Part shown: positions 24,812 through 34,748 of the stretch, in pieces
How the letters are laid out: every line of letters starts with the position of its first letter
Numbering within the stretch: position 1 is the first letter of the stretch
Assembly (NCBI GenBank): GCA_003971905.1
Contig: RSEE01000031.1
Span: 248,001 to 312,000, forward strand
DNA length: 64,000 nucleotides
Direction: 5' to 3'
From: Moniliella sp. 'wahieum'
Lineage: Eukaryota
The notes under the pieces: model-generated
Databases searched by the model: none
Told to the model about the DNA's origin: nothing
Seen by the model: the letters and a program-made list of their open reading frames with translations, nothing else
Made by a program: the position numbers and the translations under genes

Positions 24812-26615
24812 ATGCCTTCCCCTCATACTAGCATTACTCCAAAGGAAGTGCCATTGTCATTGAATGCCCAATGCCGCCAAGCGTCCTCCTCCTCCTCCTC
24901 TTCCTCCTCCTCACGGCTCGGCGTAATGGTCCAGTTGGGACTCCAACCACACCCAGCTCCTTCTGTCTTGGACAATCCCGCGGTTGCACCCATTCTTCAA
25001 TGCTCAGGAGCCGAAGAGGAAGCGAAACCGATTGAGACGGTTCACCAATCTGAGTCTTATTCTGACAAAGAAATCCCCGTGGGCGGCTCATCTGCCTCCT
25101 TTGCAGAGAGAAAACCAACTCCTCCACTCCAAGATGATGTGGCAAGTATGAGGAGCAAAAGCGAATATTCGGGGGAGCCCGCGGTTAAAATAGAAGAAAA
25201 GATGGACTTCCTTGGGCCGCCTTTGCAGCCTGCATCATCGCTTCTACTCAGCATTACGGCTCTCAGGGCTCTTCTTCCTCTCCATTACAGAACAAAAATA
25301 CTGTAATCGCTGTTACCCAGCAGTATTGTTCTCATGGCACTCCCTTCTCCATTACAGAACAAGAATACTGTTCCTCGCTCCAAGACGCCGCGGGGTCACT
25401 CCTTACCTCAATCATTTCATTGGCATCCACCACTACAGGATCTCTCTCGTGAACAACAGAACCCACCTCGCCAACATGCTTTCCCGACTTATCCCGGCCA
25501 ATCAAGTCACCCGTCTGACTGGCGTACGGCCGAACACATGTCCCGAGATTATGGTTCGTACGCTTGCCGTTCCCACCCTGCAACCTTCGGTGGCCTTTTT
25601 CCACCACATAGCCCAGTCAGTGAGTTCTCCTATATGGCATTTCTTTTTACTTGGTGCTGACCTTTCTCACGCCATACTCTTCGTATCAGTTTCCTCATGG
25701 TCCGTCCCCGTTGCGATGGTACCAGCACTTTCTCCATAGTCCCGAGGTGTACACCGCTTTTGCACTCAACATCCGCATGCTCCAGTTGATCCCGGCCTTG
25801 CTTGGCCCGAATCGGACCCAGACTTATTTGGTCGTGACTTTCCTTCCACCGACCACGAACGGGGGACGCCCCACCCAGCCCACTTGCGCTTCCTCACTCT
25901 CCGATGGTGTGTTTACCTCTATTTCACCTAGCAAACAAGTAAGGAAGAACCTCACAATGCCGTCCATCCGCAGCAATGGAGACCCCGGGATGCAATTATG
26001 GATAACTCTCTCCTTCCATGATTCCCACTTCCAACCTGTACCAGTGAGAATAAGTGAAATAGCGCATGTCCCTTTGCCTAGCAGGGAGGAACTGATTCAT
26101 TCACCACCCCTGCCTAGTGCTAATAGAGGGGGTATCATGCCCATTCCCGCTATCGATGGCAGTCGCTTTCCTCGTGACCCCAACCTCCCTCCTCTCATAC
26201 GTCAAAGCCGTATCAAGTCCCCGAATCAAGTGCATTGGTAAGCACTCGCGCAGTCTTCGCATCACAGGCAAGGGAAAGGAAAAGAGCGCCAACTGCGCCC
26301 AACCCAGAGTTGGTCGCTGCATTTCAACGCAGCTCCGGGCTGCAGAGGGATACGGAATGTCACGTACCACCTACGCTAACTGGCTTGGAGACGAGATGAG
26401 TACGCCAAGCACGCATCAGGATCGAAACGTTGTTCACCAGATTCTCGACCAGCATCCTACAGGTACCCTCCGTCGCTCCCACCTACTGAGTCACCTCATA
26501 CGAACCCGTGGGGATCGGTGGCCTTTGCTCGCCAGGTTGATGAGTTGCTTGATCGCCCTCTCATCAAGAAAAAAGAGGGAGGGCGAGGCACTAAGGCAAG
26601 GTACCAAGATATGTA
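24812..26615 (+). CDS. Hypothetical Pro/Ser-rich protein (orphan), frameshifted; possible intron ~25620-25690
   Basis: Chain of overlapping plus-strand ORFs with coding-like composition, an internal duplicated SPLQNKNTV motif and a GTGAGT...GCTGAC...CAG intron. No recognisable domain; ends uncertain. Confidence 0.35.
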
Positions 26616-27065
26616 GCCGCAGTCAGGCAAAGACTACCTTTAATACAGTTTACCCGGCCCCTATAGATGCTATACATCTGATGGCTTTATAGTTGCTGTT
26701 TTGTTGCCTTCGCTACTAACTACTCCCTGACAAAAAATGAAGGTTTGTCACGAATTGCAGATTCTCCGCAGTCGGCCCGGCGAGGGTGCCGGCTGTCTTG
26801 TGAGCTCTTTGTGTGAGCTGGAGGGACTGATGTGGCAGGTCTTCTGAGATCTGAGGGTGCTTTGGTGAGGGACATCGTTGATGATCGATGTCGATGAGGT
26901 CGATAGTGGACGTGTGTGATATAAGTTGATGGCCATGATGTGCGTGATGGTCGAAGAAATGGTGTACGGAAAAACGGTTTAATTGCGGGCAGCGTGAGGA
27001 CGTTGGAAGGGATGATTCTGTCTCCTGTAGTAGGGAGGGCGGCGGCACCGAACAAAAAAAACGTA

Positions 27066-27076
27066 ACCGGCAAGGT
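27066..27076 (+). promoter_or_regulatory. Candidate zinc-responsive element ACCGGCAAGGT
   Basis: Resembles the yeast ZRE ACCYYNAAGGT and the CAAGGT core bound by Aspergillus ZafA; ~75 bp upstream of TTATAA boxes (27149, 27160) preceding the Zap1-like gene. Confidence 0.4.
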
Positions 27077-27281
27077 GCGCCACCCGCCGTCCATATGGCA
27101 TTAATCGCCCCCCCCCTGCGTTCTGACAGGAGGAGGGGAGGGTGCGTGGTTATAAGCGGTTAATAGGGGTTGCCAGTTACCGTTTTTACTTGCTATCGGT
27201 GCTGGTTACTATATTGGTGGTTTGACCAGCCGGTTCCCGTCGGTTCGTCCTGCCCCCAGACAGCCCAAGCATCCAGTGTCG

Positions 27282-30219
27282 ATGTCGTGCGCAACGGCAG
27301 TGGCAGTGGCAGCACCAGCATCCTCCTCTTCCTCCTTTTCCTCCTTCCTATCCTCCGTCTCGTCCGCACCGCCGCCTCCCCCACCACTTGACCAGTCCAA
27401 GTGATCCTACACCCCTCGGCTGCCACAGCATGTGCGCCCCTGCCTCCACCCGCTGCTCTCTGTTGGGCACACGGCCACCCTCGCCCTGCCCCCAACGTTC
27501 GCCGGACTCTGCGCTCTGCTGCTCACCGCCTGGCGATGCTGCTCTTGGTTCTTCTGTGCCCTCCGCCCTTGTCCAGGCCGCACAAGACCCAAGCCCTACT
27601 GATGTGCGTTGAACGTCTGTTTTTGTACTATGCTTGCCTTCGACGCACCGCACCGTCGATCCATATTGTAATCGTGCGTACTGACCCTTGCCTGCCCCGC
27701 CCCTTGTCCTTCTTGCCAGCACGGTCCAATTAAGATGGAGCTGCTGCTGGACTGTGTGAACGCCTGCTATGCTGCTCCCAGAGGAGGGCCGGTTTCTACC
27801 AAGACTGCTGCTGCTGCGTCCGCTTCCGCTGCGGGTTCAGCCTCGTCCTGTACGCCTGCCCTTTCGACGCCTTTAAGCCATGTCCCACTCGCTGCCTCTA
27901 TGCCCGGGCTGGGGCTGGGGGCTCTGTCCGTCGCCACCCCTGCCTATCCCTGCGCCTCACAGAGCTGTGCATTTGATCTGGAATGGGACCCAGTCCAGTG
28001 TGATGATCCTGGGTGCGCCACTGTGCCCTGCACTGACATCGGCTGCATTGGCCCCACTCCCACCCTATCCAATGGCGTGTCTTCCCTCAGCGTCCCTGGC
28101 CACTGCTTCGGCAGGAACTGTGCCCCCCGAGCAGACGAATGCTGCCCCATTCCCGCTCAATATGCCCCTCAACGACATGCTGTTCCGCATTTGCTGCTCA
28201 GACCATGCAGATCAGCAGCCCGGTGGTCTCCCGCTCGCCTTGGGCACCATCAGCCCTTCCGAATGGCTCCCTTTTGCACCCAACTTCTCTCCGGGTCTCC
28301 CGTCGGAAACCACGCTTCACGACCTCCTACACCCCCTTCATCATCCACTATTCCGCCATCACATCCTCCGACCGATCTTCCCGCCTCCATATCAGTTACA
28401 GAGCAGTTCACAATAAATGTACCGGCGGCACCTGGGCCCCTCGACTTGCTCGGTTCTATGACGAACCTCAGTTCAAGTGCGGCGCCCATCGGCACCGACG
28501 TTTGCCCCCTTTGTGCCCCCCTCTGCTCCCCCCAACTCTTCCACTGCCAGCTCCAACACTGCTACCATTGGCGAGCAACGTTTCCCCGACCCTGGTCTCT
28601 TTGACCCACCACCATCTGCACCTCCCCTTCTTGTCTTGACCCAGTCTGGCTCTTTTTGATGCTCCCCACGGATCATGCACATTGGATTTGCCTCACGTTC
28701 ACCATGCCGAGCCAAAAGTGGATGAACCTGCGGACCAAGAACAAGAACAAGAAGAGAAGTTGGACATGGCGGTAGAAGCCGCAGAACCGATGCTTCCACG
28801 ATCCCGCGTCAGGAGGTGGATCCTGCCCATCCATCCTCCAGGGTGGGCCAACCCCATCCGCTCCATCGGGCGGGGTGTTCTCGAGTGTCAATGGGGAGCC
28901 TGTCGGGCTCATTATCGCAGTGCCCATCGGTTGATCGAGCATGTCCAACGAAATCACCTGGACCTCCTTCTGCCTCAAGCTGTGGTGGGATAAGACGAAT
29001 TCATTCGCGCTCGGGAGCCGACGGGGACGCAGGAGAAATGGACCTCCGCCTCACATCCACCCCCGTCCCCACGCTCACATTCATCCGCCCCATGGCGATG
29101 TGCCGCACCCCCACCTTGTGGTGCACACTGCCCCGCCCCATATTCATCAATCGCCGGCCCACCCACCCGCTCCCCTTGGCCGTATGCATAATCGCCGTTC
29201 ACCGGATCAAGCTGGAATCGAAAACTCAGCATCCGCCCACCAATCTACAATGGAAACCAAGTCGGAGGCACGGCTCTCTCGCCATTCATCTCATTCCCAC
29301 GCCCACGCCCACGCCCAAGCCCATGATTATCGCCATCAACATGCCCCCTCCACTGCTGATGAACGGCATCATCAGATGCCCCCTCCCGTCTTGATTACAG
29401 AGGGGCGCATCACTCCTCTTCCGCCTAGCAATGGGGAAAAACCAGCAGTTTCCATGGCATCCCCTTGTACATCGCCTACATCGTCGCTCCCATCCCCCCT
29501 GGGTCTGAGCAATCGCTCAGCTCGCTCCGTCCGGCTCCCAAAACTGAGACCGAGGCGGAAGAGACGGAGAAACATGCGTGCTGCTGGGGGACGTGTGAAG
29601 CATCCTTTGCCACGCTCGACCAGCTCAACATCCACCTCAGTCAGGAACATGTTGGGAGCGGCAAGAGCTCATACCAGTGTCAGTGGCGCGGTTGCTCGCG
29701 TGCCGCACAGGGCAAAGAGGGTGAATTCAAGCAACGTCAAAAGCTCCAACGCCACCTTCAGACCCACACCAACTTTCGTCCGTTTGTCTGTAGTGTCTGC
29801 CACGCCGCGTTTGGCGAATCGACGGGGTTGGCACTGCACATGCGCACCCACTCGGGACAGCGACCGTTTGCGTGCGACTGGCCCGGGTGCGACAAACGAT
29901 TTGCGACGTCGGGATCGCTGGTAAACCATTTGCGTGTCCATCGGGGCGACCGACCGTTTGCCTGTCCTATTTGCGGTCGTGCGTTTGCCGAGGCGTCCAA
30001 CTTGTCCAAACACAAAAAACCCATGTGGGGGAGAAGCAGTACCGGTGCCAGGTGTGCAGCAAATCGTATGCCCGCTTCGACCAACTTGCCCGACACATGC
30101 GCGGGCACAACACCAAGTCCACCCAAGACGCCGAGCTTAGCACAGGGACCAAACGTTCCCCTGCCCTTCTGGAGCGCCAGGAGAGATCCAAACGTGCTCA
30201 TATCGCGACATCAAGCTGA
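27282..30219 (+). CDS. ZAP1: Zap1/ZafA-like zinc-responsive C2H2 transcription factor; intron 27604-27719
   Basis: Cys-rich N-terminus, His-rich tracts, one isolated finger (CQWGAC...HVQRNH) and six C-terminal fingers including the Zap1-like HVGSGKSSYQCQWRGC and FKQRQKLQRHLQTHTNFRPF. Intron GTGCGT...TACTGAC...CAG joins the upstream exon in frame to ATG 27735. Confidence 0.8.
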
Positions 30220-30791
30220 AATCTGTACTCGAAGCCGCAACATCATCGATAAGCCGTCTCATCTGTTCCTATCTCCGCTGTGAGATGCGTTGCACAACAC
30301 GTAAATTATTCTGTACAGATATTATATGGGTGTTGCTAGTGTCCGTGGTCCTGGAATACGTAGTTACTAGTGTCTTCCCCTCTGGCCAACCTTTTCGTCT
30401 TCATTTCATCGTGTGCGGCCGAGCCGACAGATGGAAAAGGCAATATAATTTAGGACGGAAGAGTTTACAACGAAACAAACTGCTATTTGACTGTGCTATG
30501 GGCCCAGCTTACTGCCAAAGAAAGTCAAGACCGTGTGGTGAGCCAGCGAACAACCACCGAACAGCCGCTGTACTCATGAACTAATTCTCCTCCCACCTCT
30601 GCAGGATCCGAGAGGATGGTCCAGTTCCTTATGTTCACGGTGGCGTGAATTATTGCAGAGCAAAGAACCACTATTAGGTGTTTTTTACAGGTGTTTTGTT
30701 CGGTGTGGTCAAATGCAGATTGGTGCACTCAGCATATAGAGGGCAGTAGTTATTTGCTGGTAGTTTCCTTTAATTTAACTGAAATCATTGA

Positions 30792-30891
30792 GTTCCATAG
30801 CTCAGTTGGCTAGAGCGTCCGACTGTTACACAGACGGCCTGTGCCTGAATTTGGCATAGGGAGGTCGTTGGTTCGAGCCCAACATGGAACG
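30792..30891 (+). tRNA. tRNA-Asn(GTT) with 27-nt intron (30829-30855)
   Basis: Acceptor GTTCCAT/ATGGAAC, A-box TAGCTCAGTTGG, anticodon loop CT-GTT-A, B-box GGTTCGAGCCC, discriminator G, T9 terminator immediately after. One anticodon-stem mismatch. Confidence 0.88.
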
Positions 30892-30900
30892 TTTTTTTTT
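30892..30900 (+). terminator. RNA polymerase III oligo-T terminator
   Basis: Nine T residues directly after the tRNA 3' end. Confidence 0.85.
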
Positions 30901-31088
30901 CTACTTTTAAATTGAAGTGCCACGGCACTATTACCCCTGGCCAACAGCGGCACGAACTCATCCCTTCAAACTTCCTCACACCGTCACAGCCACACAAGGC
31001 ATTGTGCACGAAATCAGAGTGAAGGGCGAGCGGTTGACGGTGGTCTATTTCATTTTGCACTTCTCTCGATATATGTGGGCTACTTAGG

Positions 31089-31482
31089 TGACGCAAGAGT
31101 GCCCCCCTTCGGCAAATTCGGCAAAGCCAACTAGTTCATACCTCTTGTCGGTGCGGAGGTTGGATGCAGAAACGCATCTTGGGGACCCGCCTTGGAGCTC
31201 TTCCGTGCACACACGGCTCAGACTGAGCGCTCAGTAAATAGTACACACTCGTCACTGAAACTGAGTCCCTCTCTTCACTGACTAGGTCTTCAGCCTGCGG
31301 ACGCCACACCCACATTAGCCACTATTCACTAATCATCATCAACGATGTATGTTCTCGAATGCACAACAGGATGAAATGAGCACAAACGCCTGCAGTAAGC
31401 AAAACAGTTTGGGAACATCCCCCTCTAGCAGCATATAATACCTGTGGTAATAATAGTGCGTACGGATTAATCTGTAGTAACA
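31089..31482 (-). mobile_element. Dispersed repeat copy 2 (shorter, inverted relative to copy 1)
   Basis: Reverse complement aligns to copy 1 blocks, e.g. cttcagcctgcggacgccac..ccacattagccactattcac and ggctcagactgagcgctca; lacks the ~390 bp and ~140 bp internal segments; TGACG...GTAACA ends on the plus strand. Confidence 0.6.
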
Positions 31483-31934
31483 CCCTGCAGGCACTATTAA
31501 AACGCGTCGCGCGTTGAGACGCCACAGTGACGTCAGCGGCGTCACGTGCCATACATCATGGCCTGGGCGAACTTGACGAGTGGGCTGGCTGAGCGCTTAC
31601 AGCTTGCATGTTACACCTGCTTCGGTGCCGCGCAACGGCGGAGGGTTAGGGGTGGCCCTTGGGCCGGGCGGTGGGCGGGGGGTAGCCGGGGGGGGGGGTG
31701 GGGCCGGTGGGGCAGATGGGGGCGGTGCTGCGGCGGCGGGGGATTTGAAACCAAGAGTTGAAGACACGCTTTCACGACAAATTTGCAACTTGAAACCGCA
31801 GCTGCGGGCCCAGCCCAGAGGTGCTTTTCGGGCGTAGCCGTTAGAGTACCACAGCCTTGTGCACCCAAGTCACATCCGTGTGGCGGCGCGCAAGTGCCTG
31901 ACGGTGATGGCGGTGCGCAGGGGCTGGAGGATGT

Positions 31935-33393
31935 ATGTCCAAGAGCAGTAGTGGGCCCAAGGGCGCACGTCCCGCTCCCTCCCTTGTTGCCACCACCATC
32001 TCCTGTCTGCTCCCCTCCCATCTCCCCATGGCAAACGCCCCCCACACGCCATCGCCGCTCCACCACATCCTCACATCCGCTCTCTTTCCCCCAGACCGCC
32101 GATGGCCAGGACGAGCAAGACCACCAGGTTGGCCATCCCCCGACTCGTGCGTGCCGTTGCCATCGTGTCGCCCCGTCCAGCCCTCTGGTTGGCGGATACG
32201 AGCAGGCACTCCTCACCCACCGTCTTTCTTCGGGCCTGCGCAGTGTGCCTTTGAAGCCCAACTAGGCGTCCTCGGCGCAGACGGGACGAGCGCATCCCAT
32301 ATCCGCATTCCCTTCCACGCGCACTACCATCCGGGGCAGGAGGGTGCGTCGTGCATCACCAACACCCCTATGTCGGCAAACTTGATCTGGCCGTTTTTAT
32401 GCCCAACAGCTGCGCCACGCACATCGCCACACCATCCAGCAGCTACGCCAACTTGCACGCCGCAGCGGGGTGACAGAGGCCAACTTGCCTAACACCTTAT
32501 CTTCCTCGAGCCCTGCCAACGACCTGCCCCAGCCTCTCTCCCCCTCTGTCACTGTCCCCCCTGCATTTCCAGGGTATCGCGTGCCACGAACTGGACGTGT
32601 CAACTCCTTCGAGGTCCATCCGGCGAGGGGACCAGAGTCCCTCGAGTGCTGGTGGTGCCGTACGACGTGCTTACCTTGCGTGCTGGGACGCAATGCGTGA
32701 TACGTCACACGTGCTATGCTCACCCTCGACCGCCCGATCAGGGCCGAGCTACACTTCGCTACGTCGTTCAGCTCCGCTTTGCCGCCCCGCCTCTCCCCCG
32801 CCGCCAACGAGCCGGGCGCGGGGTTGAGGCATCGGCCACCCCCAAGGTATACCTGTTCGGTTCGATTCGGCTTGCCTTTTGTCCCCGCCTCATTACTGGT
32901 GGTGCCCTTGCCGACAGCTCTCTGGACGATCGTGAGCACCTGGTCCAGTCGAGCCAGACGTGGGGCCTGCCTACCCCTCCGGAGATGGCCGAGCGAACCG
33001 TTGGACCCCCTTGCGTTCCTCTCCCCCTTCCATCCACGTTCCTGCCTTGCTCCCACCCACCCGGACCCCACCGCCTGTCTCGCGGCGCCTTGCTCTTCCC
33101 GACCCCACCCGGATGCGAGTGCCTTTGCTTTTCCTGGTCCGGGTGCCGACTGGGACCGCGCCGCCCGGCGCGCGCGAGCTTCGGTGCGGACACTACGAGA
33201 GCAGATGTGGGCGCAGGAAGCGCGGGGTGTTGGGTCTCCTAGAAAGGTGGCCGTGAGGTCCCCCCCGCGTCCCCTTCGCTCACGCGTCCTTTCTCCCTCC
33301 TTCTCTTCCTCTCTCTCTCTCTCCTCTCTCTCCCTCCCTCCCTCCTCCGTCCCCTCCGACCTCAGTTCCTCTCGAGCATGCCCACGCACCTGA
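31935..33393 (+). CDS. Divergent Atos/FAM214-family protein (DUF4210 plus C-terminal Atos-like domain); frameshifted; ends uncertain
   Basis: Stitching frames gives family motifs in order: SPLVGGYEQALLTHRLS, FEAQLGVLG, HIRIPFHAHY, PYVGKLDL, FPGYRVPRTGRV, VLVVPYDV...GTQCVIRH, TLRYVVQLRF, VYLFGSIRLAF. These parallel LVGSYEES, FxAxIGVLG, PYVGxIDL, GYRIP, FLVPYD, LRYxIHL and YLxxxIRVVF recalled for this family. Confidence 0.72.
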
Positions 33394-34748
33394 CCCCGCC
33401 GCATCTTGCTTGACTCCTTCTGTTGCCGAGGAGGCATCCCTCGACATGGCTCTGTCTCACCTTGTGCCTGCCCCCGTCGACTCGGCCAAGTTGGAGCAAG
33501 CGCGTCGCCACAGCGACGTGTTGGGTGCGTCGGGGTGCGACTGAGGTTTGAGTCAAGCACGTAGTGAGTGGCCTTACCTTTCCACAGAGCGGGTCAGATC
33601 GTTTCAGTTTGCGCGCTGCTCTTGTGCTGCCGGGCAGGACCAATAAGGAGGAGGAAGGGGAGGGGGGCTGTCATCCCATCTGTCATACGCACTGTACTAT
33701 ATCTGCTTGCTAATCTATACATTTGTCCATCTGTTCTACCTCTCGGTGGACAAATGAGCAAGGGTCAGCGCAGCGATGTAGCAGCGGGGGTCAAGCCGCT
33801 TCCGAACAACACCCTTCTGGCTCTCCTTGGCATCGGCCCCAGACGTCAACATCTCTGGTCAGGGGTTCGAAATGGGCTGTGCAAGCGTTCCCACCTCTTT
33901 GTTGGGTTGGTTGACCCACTGGATACCCAATTGGTTTCTCCATCCTTTTCCCCAAGACACGAAGGCTGGCAATGCGTCGTCTCTGATCCTTCGGCGTCCT
34001 AACACCTTCGCGTGAAGATTGATGCAGCAATGTCCCGCGTTATTTCGATGGCGTACAGAGTGCGATGGACACACAGGCCACGGGAGCAAGATACCGGCCG
34101 TGACGCCAGGGCGCAGGACTGCATATCCGCCTTGATCAGCGCCATGCACTTTCTACTGTTGCTTTTGCATTGACTCACGATGCCCATCTCTGGTCCCAAG
34201 GGCGCTCTCTGATGGGAAGCATATGGATCTGTCGGCGCTGGTGCTACAACCTCCTACCAGCACGCCTACTTTGCAAGAATCCAAGGGATGCATAAGGGTA
34301 TGGGCGGGGTACCTAGCACAATCGACAACAAGAAGTGTGCAGCAATAGTCCACACTTGCCTCTGCAGCAGTCGCGCTGTCCTGCTGGGACAAGTGTGGTG
34401 GGAAAGAAAACATACACATCGCAGCGTTTCGCGGCTCAGTCGATTAAGACGGCCCGAACGCGTAGCATAGCCTGGGCCCCGCTCGGGGTAATGGGAGGGG
34501 ACCACAGGAAGGTAAGGGAATGAAAATAGGGAAGGGGATCACAGGCGGATGGGTGGATGGAGGAATTGGTGAGTGGAGAGATGGATCGATGACGTCGATG
34601 ACGGATGTGGGTGCCTAGGCCCAGCAATTTTGGGTGAAATGATATCGCAGGTTGGAGAAAAAAGCAGGGCAGTGAGTGTTGGCCAAGCAGGAGCTCTTTG
34701 GGGTTCTCGCGGCATGGCTTCGTGAGAGGGGGTGCTGCTAGATCACAG

